From an uncultured Bacteroidota bacterium (GTDB lineage Bacteria; Bacteroidota; Bacteroidia; Bacteroidales; GWA2-32-17): a DNA stretch of 64,000 nt. The notes below the pieces were generated by a model, which ran no database searches, was not told the DNA's origin, and worked only from the letters and a program-made list of their open reading frames with translations. A program made the translations under genes and the position numbers. The stretch is taken from positions 4,989 to 68,988 of the forward strand of contig CAIQJL010000086.1 in NCBI GenBank assembly GCA_903872185.1, in the 5' to 3' direction. Below, piece by piece: positions 9,251-19,381 of the stretch. Within the stretch, counting starts at the first letter, position 1. Each line of letters starts with the position of its first letter.

Positions 9251-10117
9251 CTATGAAATCATAAGTATTAGAATTCTACAACCTGGAAAAAATGATAAAA
9301 AATTTACTATTTCCGAAATCTGTATACGTTTATCATTTTTATATGCTACAATCCATGCATCTGCAGTGCCCGAAGAAATTTTTTCTTGTTTTGCTTCAGA
9401 ATATTTGCTATAATTTCCTATCAAATACTTATACCATCCATCATGCATCTCTACAGAAGTCTCTTTGTTTCCTGGATATCTTTTGTGTAATTCTTTATCC
9501 GGAATTTGTCGATGACAAGCTCCAACCTGTACTTTAAAAATAATGTTTCCACTTTCAATGGAAACTACTGGATCAATAACTTTAACTTGAGAACTATCGT
9601 TTTTGGGTATAATAACTTGTGCCGAGTCATTATTTAATTTTGGAATACTATCATTTTGCCCATTAGTTATCAGATTTAATGAATCTTTTTCTCTTGATTT
9701 TTTTATTAGCCCTTCAATAATAGTATTAGGATTTGCATACCCTCTTTCTATTATATTTTGGGTAAAATAAACTTTCCCATTAATCTTATATTTTGAATCT
9801 CCATCAGCATATTTTGCTGTATCACTAATATCAGTATAGATGAATATAGACAAATTTGAAAAACCCCATTGTTTAAATAACCACATACAATCCCATTGCT
9901 TGCTTTCGCTTATTTTTTTTGTTTTATAAACTATAATATCTGCCTCTTCTTTTTTATTTACTGATAACAAAATAACATCAGCATCAAATGGATCCATAAG
10001 TTCAATAACAGATTGTCCAATAGAATCAAAACAAAGAAATACGGTAAATAAACATAAAATTAATAATCTTTTATTTAAGGTATTAAAAGTTAATTTACAC
10101 ATTAAATTAGACATCAA
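9251..10117 (-). CDS. Secreted protein: same novel N-terminal domain + C-terminal SPOR-like domain
   Basis: 288 aa with signal peptide. Residues ~32-132 align with residues ~38-138 of the 7815..9038 product. The C-terminal IIFKVQVGA...WYKYLIGNYSKYSEAKQEKISSGTADAWIVAY resembles a SPOR (septal peptidoglycan-binding) repeat. Confidence 0.65.
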   Translation of the reverse strand: MMSNLMCKLTFNTLNKRLLILCLFTVFLCFDSIGQSVIELMDPFDADVILLSVNKKEEADIIVYKTKKISESKQWDCMWLFKQWGFSNLSIFIYTDISDTAKYADGDSKYKINGKVYFTQNIIERGYANPNTIIEGLIKKSREKDSLNLITNGQNDSIPKLNNDSAQVIIPKNDSSQVKVIDPVVSIESGNIIFKVQVGACHRQIPDKELHKRYPGNKETSVEMHDGWYKYLIGNYSKYSEAKQEKISSGTADAWIVAYKNDKRIQISEIVNFLSFFPGCRILILMIS

Positions 10118-10380
10118 TAATTTTTTAAAAATCTATTAAATTAAACCTACTTTTAGTATAAAGTCACATAAAAATAAATAAAAAAGTTAACTAACAAAAC
10201 ACATCAAATTTATAACAACGTATAAGAAGTAGTAATTTAATAAGAATAATCCTTATTACTTATTAGTGATTTTTTACACTAAACAGCTATACGCCTGATA
10301 ACATGTTGATTGTGCAGGTATTTTTTTACAATATTCACACAAAAGTATTTAACATTCAGTTGTTCATATTTTTACGCAAG

Positions 10381-13300
10381 CTACTCAACCTTAACTCTTT
10401 CGCCTTGAGAATGAGAAGTAAATTCTGGAGCATACATACATTGAATTGTTGTTATTCCGTTAGAGAAATCACCCTTTTGAGAAACTCTTAAAGGGTATTC
10501 AAACACGTAAGTTCCCTTTGGTAAATTATCCATGAAGAAATTTGTACTTGCATCTTTAGTGCTTTCATAATAACCTAATCCATCCTGATATTTATATACC
10601 GAAAAAACATTTAAAGGTTCGAAACCCGATGCACGCATATCTTTCATGTGAACAAATTCCATATTTCTGTCAACCCTTAGCTCAATTCTAACAATTACTT
10701 TATCGCCAACCTTTAAAATTGCTGGAGCTTTAATTGGTTCAATAATTTTTCCTGCAGAGGTAAGCCTTTCAATAAAAAGTTCTTTTTTAAGTTTTAAAGG
10801 AGTTTCGTGGGGAGTAATTTTATCAAGCTGTTCAAAATATTGCCAATAAACAGAACCCCATGCAATACCTTCAGTATTCTTTGTTACAGTTACTTTTCCC
10901 ATTTCTGGTTTTACATCACTTCCTTGCCAGCTTGTCTTAAAATAACCTGTTCCTGCCTCAACTTGAACATTGTCCATTTTCTTTGGATCAATCTTTTGTG
11001 TTCCTATAACAATTTCCACTAACTGATCATTTGCTAGCAAATCGGTTCCTTTTAGTAACAACGAGTAAATAGCTTCAACAGTTGCTTTTGTTGTTTTCCA
11101 ATCCTGAGTTTGCTTTTGTTTAAGCAACCATATTTTCAATTCCTCAACTGATTTCTGGTCATTTGCTACCTCATCAAAAGCTTCAATTAAAAGCGCCTGA
11201 GTTTCAATTGGCGCATTATACCAGTAATAACCAGCTTCAACATCTTTCCAATACATACCAAGCTCTTCATTAATAATAGAATTTTCACGAAGTGACTTAA
11301 TAATATCTAAAGGAACCTTTTTGCTTTGATAACGATGTAAGCCAAGAGCCATCATACCTTGTAAATATTTATTTTCAGAAAGCCAATACTTTTCAGCCTG
11401 TCCTTTAAAATATTCGAATGCTATGTTACAATTATTTGGTATTGGAATTTCGGTAAAGAAACTTCGTGCATATAAGTATTGCACTTGCGTTGAACTAATA
11501 TGTTTTTTAAGAAGTTCTTCTTTTGTATAAAATCTTAACAAATCATAATAATCATCTTTAATGCGTTTATCAAGATAGTTTACGCCTGACTCAACCATCT
11601 TTTTTAAATCTTTATTATTAGCATAATCAATAACTTTTAATTTTTGAAGATGACCAAATCCTGTTATCATGTGCTGTGTTATATACTTGTTTTCAGGCAT
11701 TCCAGGAAACCATGGCCAGCCACCATTTGCAGATTGCGACTTTTCGAGCTTTGTTAATGCCACTTGCATTTCATTAGACATTCTATTTAAATCAAATAAC
11801 AAACCAATATTCCTTTTGCGTTGAGTTTCATCCTGTGCATCTAAAACCCAAGGTGTTTCCTGCAACAACACTGATTTAAGTTCTTGATTTTTTTCAAGAT
11901 TTGAAAGCAAAGCCTTTGAATCAGGAGTATTTTTCCATGAGTCAAATACAGCTTTAATTTTTGGTGAGGAATTAGCTATATGAGTGGCTAAACTATTTGC
12001 ATAATAACGACTAAAAACCTGTTCATTGCATTCATAAGGATATTCGATAAGATAAGGCAAAGCTTGAACAGCATACCATGCAGGATTTGAAGTAAATTCC
12101 AATGTGTATTTAAAACTCTTTAATGTTGATGAATTTCCAGATTCCATTAATTTTTTAAACTCAAAAACTTTTGAAGAATTTCCCCTTATTGGTAAAGGCA
12201 TTGATTCAGTAACCATCATTCTGTTACTCATTACAGGAATAACCGATTGTTCGCCATCAGAAAAGTTTTCTGCTGTTGCAACAACCTTTACAGAAACTGC
12301 ATTTATTCCTTCTGGTATGCTCAAATTCCAGACAACATTTGTATTACCTTTTTTATCTACTGAAAAGGATTTTATTTCATCATTTTTAGAAAGAATTCCA
12401 ACAATTGTCTTCATTGTTACAGGATCGGTTAGCTCAATTTTAGCCTGACCTTTTAATTCTTTTTCGGTTAGATTACTAATTTTTACAGACAATTCTATTT
12501 TATCATTTTCTCTGAAAAAACGTGGTAAATTTGGAACAACCATTAACTCTTTTTGAGTTACTAATTCATTATTAATAAAACCATATTCTAAATTTTGAGT
12601 ATGAGCAAAACCCATCATTTTCCATGAAGTGAGAGCTTCGGGGACAGTAAATTTAACTATAACTTCTCCATTTTCATTTGTCATTAAAGTTGGATAAAAG
12701 AATGCTGTTTCATTTAAATTTGTGCGTGCTTTTACATTTCCAAGTCGAGCATCTTCGGTATCTCCTTTACCTAAAATTCCTTTATCTTTTTCCTTACCAA
12801 GTAAGTTTATTTGATCATTAGCTTGTTCTTCTTTTGTGTTACCAAAACCATCCATACTCTTTTCAGATTCATACATTTCACCGGCCATTACAGTAGATGG
12901 GGCGGCATCAGGAGTTTGAGACATCATCATTGCAGAATATTTCTTACCTCTTGAGGCACCTTCTCTGCTATTTCCATAATAATTTCTATTTCCATAAAAA
13001 TAAAAACCAAACCAATTTAATGCATCATATTTCTGATAAGGAATTGCAGGATAATTCTTATAATTTTTTAAGATTTGATTTGACGTATAAGTGCTAAACA
13101 AATCCGAGCTTAAATACATATTCATATAATCATAAGGGAACACATTAAATCCCCAATAATTTGCTTTTAGTGCGTCAAGTGATTTATCATAAAGAGCGGC
13201 AACCATTTCGGCTGCGACTTTTTCGCCTTTAGGTCCGGTAATTTTTAATCGCCATTCCTCTTGCTGACCAGGTAAAAGCTTATCTCTAAAAGTTTCAAAA

Positions 13301-16300
13301 GAAATCTTTAGCTCTTTGTTAGAATAAGGAACAGAAACAGTTTCGTCAAATGAATATACCCTATTATTTGCTACCAACCTAAAATGCACTGAAAAATTAC
13401 CACGGTACTCTTCTTTTACAGGAATTTCAATTAATTTCTGATTATTTGAAACAGGAATCCATTTCCTAAAAACAATTTTATTTCTATGCTCAATTTCATA
13501 AAGTATATGCACATTTTCATAACTTGACCCAACCACAAATTTCGCAATTTCACCTGGCTCACAATAATTTTTAACAGCTGAATGCCAGAAAGGATTGGCA
13601 AATGGAAGCTTTATAGATTTTTCGCCAAAAACAGTAATATATTTTTTATTCATTACTTTTTTGCCAAATGAATCTATTGAATTCATTTCTATAACATATC
13701 TCCCAGGATCCCACTTTATTAAATCTTTAATTTCAAATTTTTCTTCTTTTCCTGTATCAAAGCCATAGCTAAAAACTTGTTTTATTGTTTTTAACTTTGA
13801 TAAATCGGCTTCAATATCATAAACATTACCTGGATATTTCTTTTCCCACTCTTCTTTTGTATAATTAAATTTCTCTGGTTTTTCCCATAATCTGTTTCGC
13901 AAAACTTCTTTTTCATCTTCTAATTTGGATATTGTTATTTTTCCAGAAGCAGCCACCTTTTCTCCATTAAGGTTTGTTGAATATATATAATACTTTTTTT
14001 CTTCTGAAGAATTTAGAGTTGCCGGAACATTTACATCTAAAAGCAATGTTGTATAGCCAACCGTGATTGATTTTGAATCGCTTTGAGTTTCGCCATTTAT
14101 ATCTGTAATATCAATTGAAACCTGATAATCAAAATCGGTATAATCATCAGCTTTTATTGACAAATCGGGAATTGCTTTGAATTTAAATTTAAATTCTCCT
14201 TTTTCATCAGTTTTAATTTTTCCATTTGTTATTTCAACAGAAGTTTGTATTGTTGGCCTCCACCACCATCCTCGCCATACTGGAGTTCTAACAACGCGAT
14301 AAGTTACAACTGCATCAGAAATATTTGCTCCAGAATATGCAGCACCTTTTCCCAAAACTTCAACAGTATCGTTTAATCTATAATTACCTTTAAAAGGATC
14401 AAGTTCTGCCTCAAACTTTGGTCTTTTATATTCCTCAACAGAAACTGAAATTGAACCACCTGATGTTGACAATTGAAAATTACCATTTAATAAACCCTGT
14501 GGAATTTGAAGTGTTCCACTAAATGTTCCAAAATCATTTGTAGATATTGGAGTCTGACTAATTGTCTGATAATTGGGATCAATAAAAGATAAAGTAGTTT
14601 CAAATTTCTTTGCAATTGAACGCTTTGTACTATCAACTTCAACAACAATTCCTTTATAATAAATTGTCTGCCCGGGTCTATATATTGCTCTGTCAGTAAA
14701 AATAATTGTGTTATATGATTTTTCTATTTCGTTGTTATATCTATAATTATAAAAATTCTGTTGTGTTTTTAAAATTTGTTTATTCCATTTAAACTCCAAT
14801 CCTGTATTATACACATCTTTTTCATACTCTGTTAACACTTTAACATACCCATTTTCATCGGTAATATGAGTTTTGCCTTTTACATTATTATACTTTCTGG
14901 TAACATAATTATATTTTGAATAAAATTCCTGAACCGAAACTTCACTTAACGGTTTTCCATTACTGCGATTTGTTACAAACACATCATAATCCCCATCTAT
15001 ACAGCGACGATACAAATAACTAATATCAGAAACCATAAAATCCTTATAAGCAAGTTGATCATCATCAAACTTAAACTCCTGATTCGGGGAAATAAATATA
15101 ACATAGTGCCCATATTGCAAACTATCTAAAATCAATTCTGTTGTATGATCATTATAATCTTGCTCATATGGAAGATTAACAACAAAATTCTTTACCATAA
15201 CAGCTGTTTTTAAAATCTTCTCAACGAAATCAGCTCCATAAAAATTCTGACTTAAGCGCTCATATTCATCAATGTCAATTTCTGAAACCCTAATCCATAC
15301 TTTTGAAATATTCTGATAACTAATCTTTGTTACAAAGGGTTTTCCTGGGATTTGAACTTGTTCTATATTAAAAGTTAATGTTTTATTTTCGATTTGAGAT
15401 TTTAAATTTTCGCATTTTGCAGCTCCGGTAGAATTAGGAAATTGCTCAATTGATTTATTGCAGATTGCTATAGCTTGAATTTTATAATCTTTATATTTTA
15501 TAGATAAAGAATCCTGTGCATTATAATTGCCTGAAAGATTATTTAAACAAATTGCTATCTGATAAGAAACTTCAGTAGAAAAAGCATTTGAATTATATTT
15601 ATTCTGAAGTTTTTTTAATGCATTTAAATACAACTCATCTTTTTCGGTATTTACAGAGTTAGAATAAATAAATTTTAATCTAGCTAAATCTGCATCAATA
15701 AATGCGTCTGGCTTTGCATCACTGGCATGAAATTGCAATAATTTCTGAATAACCTTAATGCCATAAAACTGAAGCGATAAAGTATCAACAGTATTAATTT
15801 TAAAATTCATGAATTCCAATGCATCCGAAAAATAAAAATCTTCTTTTAACTCAAAATAATCTGCTGGTTTTGAAAGTGCTATTTCTTTATTTGAAAAAAA
15901 GTTGATTGCTCTAAAAGCAAGAAAATCATATAAAGTTGGACGAAGTCCATCTGTTCCTTGTCCTAAATCAACAACTGCTTTAATTTCAGAAATCGGAGTG
16001 CGTTTTAAACTATCTTCGTTTTCTAACGACTGCATGTAATGCTTAATACAGGCATCTGCTAATTTATTTAAATCCCAGGTTTTAATATCATCGTTTTGAA
16101 AATTTGAAATTTCACTTCTTTGATTAAATTTCCAACGATTATTTTGATAATACATCCAATACATTTCAGATGCTAAAGAGTGATATACTGGACCATACGG
16201 AAACTTCATGATTTTAGCATCTTTTATAAGATCATTCAAAATATTTTCAAATGCATCTTCTTCAATCATGTTTCGATACTTTAACTGATAGATTCTAGCT

Positions 16301-16560
16301 TTAATAACTTGAGCAGCATTATTTTCGGCAAATGCTTTTTTATAAATTTTATCAACCAATTCCAAGGCAGATTTTGGCAATCCTTTATCATCAAGACTAT
16401 CAACTGAGGCCCATTCCTTTTTAAAATCTTTAGATGAGTTAAAATGCAATGGCTTGTCTTCTGGTTTTGTATTTGGCTTATTTACAACTACTCCTGCATA
16501 TATTATTGAAAAAAGAACTATGACAGAAGTAAAAACGAGTAATACTTTTTTATTAAACAT
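10381..16560 (-). CDS. Alpha-2-macroglobulin family protein (bacterial A2M, thioester-containing)
   Basis: 2059 aa with an N-terminal hydrophobic anchor. Long MG-domain body, thioester motif YPYECNEQ, and a downstream alpha-helical TED-like region (GGWPWFPG). Confidence 0.85.
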   Translation of the reverse strand: MFNKKVLLVFTSVIVLFSIIYAGVVVNKPNTKPEDKPLHFNSSKDFKKEWASVDSLDDKGLPKSALELVDKIYKKAFAENNAAQVIKARIYQLKYRNMIEEDAFENILNDLIKDAKIMKFPYGPVYHSLASEMYWMYYQNNRWKFNQRSEISNFQNDDIKTWDLNKLADACIKHYMQSLENEDSLKRTPISEIKAVVDLGQGTDGLRPTLYDFLAFRAINFFSNKEIALSKPADYFELKEDFYFSDALEFMNFKINTVDTLSLQFYGIKVIQKLLQFHASDAKPDAFIDADLARLKFIYSNSVNTEKDELYLNALKKLQNKYNSNAFSTEVSYQIAICLNNLSGNYNAQDSLSIKYKDYKIQAIAICNKSIEQFPNSTGAAKCENLKSQIENKTLTFNIEQVQIPGKPFVTKISYQNISKVWIRVSEIDIDEYERLSQNFYGADFVEKILKTAVMVKNFVVNLPYEQDYNDHTTELILDSLQYGHYVIFISPNQEFKFDDDQLAYKDFMVSDISYLYRRCIDGDYDVFVTNRSNGKPLSEVSVQEFYSKYNYVTRKYNNVKGKTHITDENGYVKVLTEYEKDVYNTGLEFKWNKQILKTQQNFYNYRYNNEIEKSYNTIIFTDRAIYRPGQTIYYKGIVVEVDSTKRSIAKKFETTLSFIDPNYQTISQTPISTNDFGTFSGTLQIPQGLLNGNFQLSTSGGSISVSVEEYKRPKFEAELDPFKGNYRLNDTVEVLGKGAAYSGANISDAVVTYRVVRTPVWRGWWWRPTIQTSVEITNGKIKTDEKGEFKFKFKAIPDLSIKADDYTDFDYQVSIDITDINGETQSDSKSITVGYTTLLLDVNVPATLNSSEEKKYYIYSTNLNGEKVAASGKITISKLEDEKEVLRNRLWEKPEKFNYTKEEWEKKYPGNVYDIEADLSKLKTIKQVFSYGFDTGKEEKFEIKDLIKWDPGRYVIEMNSIDSFGKKVMNKKYITVFGEKSIKLPFANPFWHSAVKNYCEPGEIAKFVVGSSYENVHILYEIEHRNKIVFRKWIPVSNNQKLIEIPVKEEYRGNFSVHFRLVANNRVYSFDETVSVPYSNKELKISFETFRDKLLPGQQEEWRLKITGPKGEKVAAEMVAALYDKSLDALKANYWGFNVFPYDYMNMYLSSDLFSTYTSNQILKNYKNYPAIPYQKYDALNWFGFYFYGNRNYYGNSREGASRGKKYSAMMMSQTPDAAPSTVMAGEMYESEKSMDGFGNTKEEQANDQINLLGKEKDKGILGKGDTEDARLGNVKARTNLNETAFFYPTLMTNENGEVIVKFTVPEALTSWKMMGFAHTQNLEYGFINNELVTQKELMVVPNLPRFFRENDKIELSVKISNLTEKELKGQAKIELTDPVTMKTIVGILSKNDEIKSFSVDKKGNTNVVWNLSIPEGINAVSVKVVATAENFSDGEQSVIPVMSNRMMVTESMPLPIRGNSSKVFEFKKLMESGNSSTLKSFKYTLEFTSNPAWYAVQALPYLIEYPYECNEQVFSRYYANSLATHIANSSPKIKAVFDSWKNTPDSKALLSNLEKNQELKSVLLQETPWVLDAQDETQRKRNIGLLFDLNRMSNEMQVALTKLEKSQSANGGWPWFPGMPENKYITQHMITGFGHLQKLKVIDYANNKDLKKMVESGVNYLDKRIKDDYYDLLRFYTKEELLKKHISSTQVQYLYARSFFTEIPIPNNCNIAFEYFKGQAEKYWLSENKYLQGMMALGLHRYQSKKVPLDIIKSLRENSIINEELGMYWKDVEAGYYWYNAPIETQALLIEAFDEVANDQKSVEELKIWLLKQKQTQDWKTTKATVEAIYSLLLKGTDLLANDQLVEIVIGTQKIDPKKMDNVQVEAGTGYFKTSWQGSDVKPEMGKVTVTKNTEGIAWGSVYWQYFEQLDKITPHETPLKLKKELFIERLTSAGKIIEPIKAPAILKVGDKVIVRIELRVDRNMEFVHMKDMRASGFEPLNVFSVYKYQDGLGYYESTKDASTNFFMDNLPKGTYVFEYPLRVSQKGDFSNGITTIQCMYAPEFTSHSQGERVKVE
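12019..12030 (-). other. Thioester site codons CNEQ (CxEQ) of the A2M protein
   Basis: The minus strand reads TGC AAT GAA CAG within ...GAATATCCTTATGAATGCAATGAACAGGTT... Confidence 0.8.
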
Positions 16561-16701
16561 ATTTTTAAATTTTTTTGTCAGTTTAAAAACGAATGAAAAT
16601 AGTTATAATTATTTAATTTTGGAAATCAGATTCCAAAATCTTATAATTCCATAATTTTTTGAAAAAAAATCTAAAGAAGAGAACAGTGAAAAAAATCTTA
16701 A

Positions 16702-18636
16702 TTATTTTACTGTTGTTATAATAAATTCTGTTCTTCTATTAAGCGCCCTTCCTTCTTCGGTATCATTTGTTGCAATTGGCTTAGAAAAACTATAACCCTT
16801 GAAGCTTAATCTAGTTGCGGTAATTCCATGTTCTACGAGATAATTCAATACTGATTTTGCTCTGTTCTGTGATAATTTTATATTGTGTTCCTGCGAACCA
16901 ACATTATCAGTATGACCTCCAATTTCTATTGAAACTCTTTGATTTTCTTTTAAAAATGAAATAAGCTTAGAAAGCTCAGCTTTTGATTCTGTTTTTAAAT
17001 TTGACAAGTCAGTGTCAAAGAAAATATTTTTTAGAACAACTGCAACTCCAGGTTTTATAGGGGTTAAAGGGATATCAAGTTTATATGGCTTAGTAAAATC
17101 TGTAATCCCTTCTAACGAGAAATTTCCACTATAAAACACATAACCTTTTTTAGAAACATTTAAAGCATAATTTTTTTCGGCAGGGATACAAGCTAAATAG
17201 GAACCAGTCACGGGATCAGATTTTAAACATGAAACAGTTTCTGATGTTTCCAGTTCTAACATTTCAACATCTGCTTCTAACTTTTGTTTTGTTATCACAT
17301 CATATACAACACCTTTTACCCATGTCACAACCTGTGGTCTGGCCTCTGGATATAGTTCAAACTGAAAAATATCCCAATCTCTTGAACCATTTCTATTTGA
17401 AGAATACATTGCCAAATTTCCATGTGCATTAACAATGAGCCCAAAATCATCCACAAAAGTATTAATTGGATAACCTAAATTTTTTGGTGTGCTCCAGGTT
17501 CCATCTTTTTTAAGTCTTGAATAAAAAATATCCTGACCACCCATTCCCGGCCACCCATCTGATGAAAAATATAATGTTTTACCATCTGGATGTATTGATG
17601 GAGCATACTCGTTTTTTGCAGTATTTATACTATCTCCCAAATTAACAGGCTCAGACCAGCTTCCATCATCGTTTCTTTTTGCCATATATATATCTCGTCC
17701 ACCTTTCGAGTCTGGTCTGCCGCCAGAAGCTAAAAACAGCACTCTCCCATCAGATGAAGGAGAAGGATTAGATTCCCAATATTTAGTGCTTATTGGAGGA
17801 CCAATATTTATTGGCGAGCTCCATTTATTTCCCATTCTTTTAGAATAATAAATATCGCATGAACCAAAATCCTCTTTTCGATTACAAGCAGTATAAAACA
17901 AGAAACGACCATCAGCAGAAATACCTTGCGCACCTTCATTATCTTCTGTATTCAAAGGCGAACCAACATTCATTGATGGGGACCATGTGCCATCTTCATT
18001 TTTATATGTTATAAAAAAATCTTCCTGCATTAATACTTTTCCATTAAGTGATTTGTACTTTGTTGGAAGCTGAACAGTAAACATCATTGTATTTTCGTCG
18101 GCAGTAAGCGATGGCCAATAATCTTTAAACTCGGTATTAACAAAATCCCCAATATTTACTGGATTAAAAGGAACTGGATGCTTAACCGCAGATGCACCAA
18201 ACTCGGCATTAACAAATAATTGTTTTGCCGAATTTAAAATACTTGTATCTGTTGCAGATGAAATACATTTCTGAAGGTGCGTTACTGCATCATCATAATT
18301 ACCAATTTTCATTTCTGATTTAGCAACAAAAAAATAAATTTTAGGATTAAAATCAGGGTTTATTTCAATTACCTTTTTAAAAGCGGTTATTTCATCATTA
18401 AAATGAAGTTGTTCATTTTCTAAATCGGCTAACAATAAATAAGGCTCTATAAAACTCGGATCTTTTTCTAATGCAAACTGAATAAATCTTTTAGCATTTT
18501 CAAGATCACCTTTATTATAATACCCAATTCCTATTTCAAAAAATTCGATTGCTTTTTTATTGTTCGAAGAGTAATCTGTTTGCGAATATGAAGTGAATGA
18601 AATAAATAAGAATAGTATTATAAAGATTATCTGCAT
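16702..18636 (-). CDS. TPR + TolB-like (PD40/WD40-like beta-propeller) + OmpA-like C-terminal domain envelope protein
   Basis: 644 aa with signal peptide. TPR-like N terminus, repeated W(S/T)xPxNLGxxINT PD40 motifs, C-terminal OmpA signature IFFDTDLSNL...GHTDNVGS...N.KLSQNRAKSV.NYL...NRRTEF. Confidence 0.8.
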   Translation of the reverse strand: MQIIFIILFLFISFTSYSQTDYSSNNKKAIEFFEIGIGYYNKGDLENAKRFIQFALEKDPSFIEPYLLLADLENEQLHFNDEITAFKKVIEINPDFNPKIYFFVAKSEMKIGNYDDAVTHLQKCISSATDTSILNSAKQLFVNAEFGASAVKHPVPFNPVNIGDFVNTEFKDYWPSLTADENTMMFTVQLPTKYKSLNGKVLMQEDFFITYKNEDGTWSPSMNVGSPLNTEDNEGAQGISADGRFLFYTACNRKEDFGSCDIYYSKRMGNKWSSPINIGPPISTKYWESNPSPSSDGRVLFLASGGRPDSKGGRDIYMAKRNDDGSWSEPVNLGDSINTAKNEYAPSIHPDGKTLYFSSDGWPGMGGQDIFYSRLKKDGTWSTPKNLGYPINTFVDDFGLIVNAHGNLAMYSSNRNGSRDWDIFQFELYPEARPQVVTWVKGVVYDVITKQKLEADVEMLELETSETVSCLKSDPVTGSYLACIPAEKNYALNVSKKGYVFYSGNFSLEGITDFTKPYKLDIPLTPIKPGVAVVLKNIFFDTDLSNLKTESKAELSKLISFLKENQRVSIEIGGHTDNVGSQEHNIKLSQNRAKSVLNYLVEHGITATRLSFKGYSFSKPIATNDTEEGRALNRRTEFIITTVK

Positions 18637-18646
18637 AAAATTATTT

Positions 18647-19273
18647 TTATGGTATATGCATAAATTTATGTGCCTGAATAGAAATATTCCATTTTGGATT
18701 TTCTTTTACATAATCAACTACCTCTTCAATAATTTCGCCAAACTGGCTCCATTCTGGTTGCAAAAATAATTTACAGTTTGAATTTACTTTTTTTGCATTT
18801 TCTTCGGCCCATATAAAATCAACTGAACTTTGAATAATAACTTTTAATTCATCGGCTTTATTGTATATTTCATCTAATGGTGGGTTTTGTTTTTTTGGTG
18901 AAAGACAAATCCAATTCCAAGTGCCAGACAATACATATGCTCCACAAGTTTCAAGAAATGTTTCTATTTCTTTCTTTTTAAAACTTTCACAAAGCAAATC
19001 AAGATTATAACTTAATGGCTCGCCACCAGTTACTACAACTGCTTTTGCGGAATTCTGAGAAGATACTTCTACAATGTCATCAACATTCATTAACCATTCA
19101 GGATGATTATTCCATGAAAACTTAGTATCGCACCAATCGCAAGCAATGTCACATCCTGCAATTCTTATAAAATATGCTGGCTTACCTGTATGAAAACCTT
19201 CACCTTGTATTGAATAAAACTTCTCAATTATAGGTAGTTTACTATCAATTATATCTTCTTTACTCATTATCAT
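18647..19273 (-). CDS. queE: 7-carboxy-7-deazaguanine synthase (radical SAM)
   Basis: 208 aa. FYSIQGEGFHTGKPAYFIRIAGCDIACDWCDTKF carries the CxxxCxxC radical-SAM cluster motif in the QueE context. The start could be Met3 (19267). Confidence 0.85.
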   Translation of the reverse strand: MIMSKEDIIDSKLPIIEKFYSIQGEGFHTGKPAYFIRIAGCDIACDWCDTKFSWNNHPEWLMNVDDIVEVSSQNSAKAVVVTGGEPLSYNLDLLCESFKKKEIETFLETCGAYVLSGTWNWICLSPKKQNPPLDEIYNKADELKVIIQSSVDFIWAEENAKKVNSNCKLFLQPEWSQFGEIIEEVVDYVKENPKWNISIQAHKFMHIP

Positions 19274-19290
19274 TTATTACAAAAACATTG

Positions 19291-19298
19291 CAAAAGTA
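19291..19298 (-). promoter_or_regulatory. -7 box TACTTTTG upstream of queE
   Basis: The plus strand reads caaaagta, 18 nt upstream of the ATG at 19273. Confidence 0.4.
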
Positions 19299-19315
19299 GC
19301 TTATTCTTTTAGTGA

Positions 19316-19347
19316 TAACAAAAAAGGACCTGAAACTTCCAGGTCCT
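19316..19347 (-). terminator. Rho-independent terminator after the 545-aa membrane protein gene
   Basis: Stem aggacctg/caggtcct (19325-19347) followed on the minus strand by TTTTTTGTT. Confidence 0.75.
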
Positions 19348-19381
19348 AAATTATTATTAATAAACATTTCGATTTTTTAGT

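Noticed and set aside
19274-19381. Possible preQ1 riboswitch upstream of queE
   Set aside because: The spacer contains only the terminator hairpin of the upstream gene and a promoter-like box. There is no preQ1-type hairpin/pseudoknot motif.
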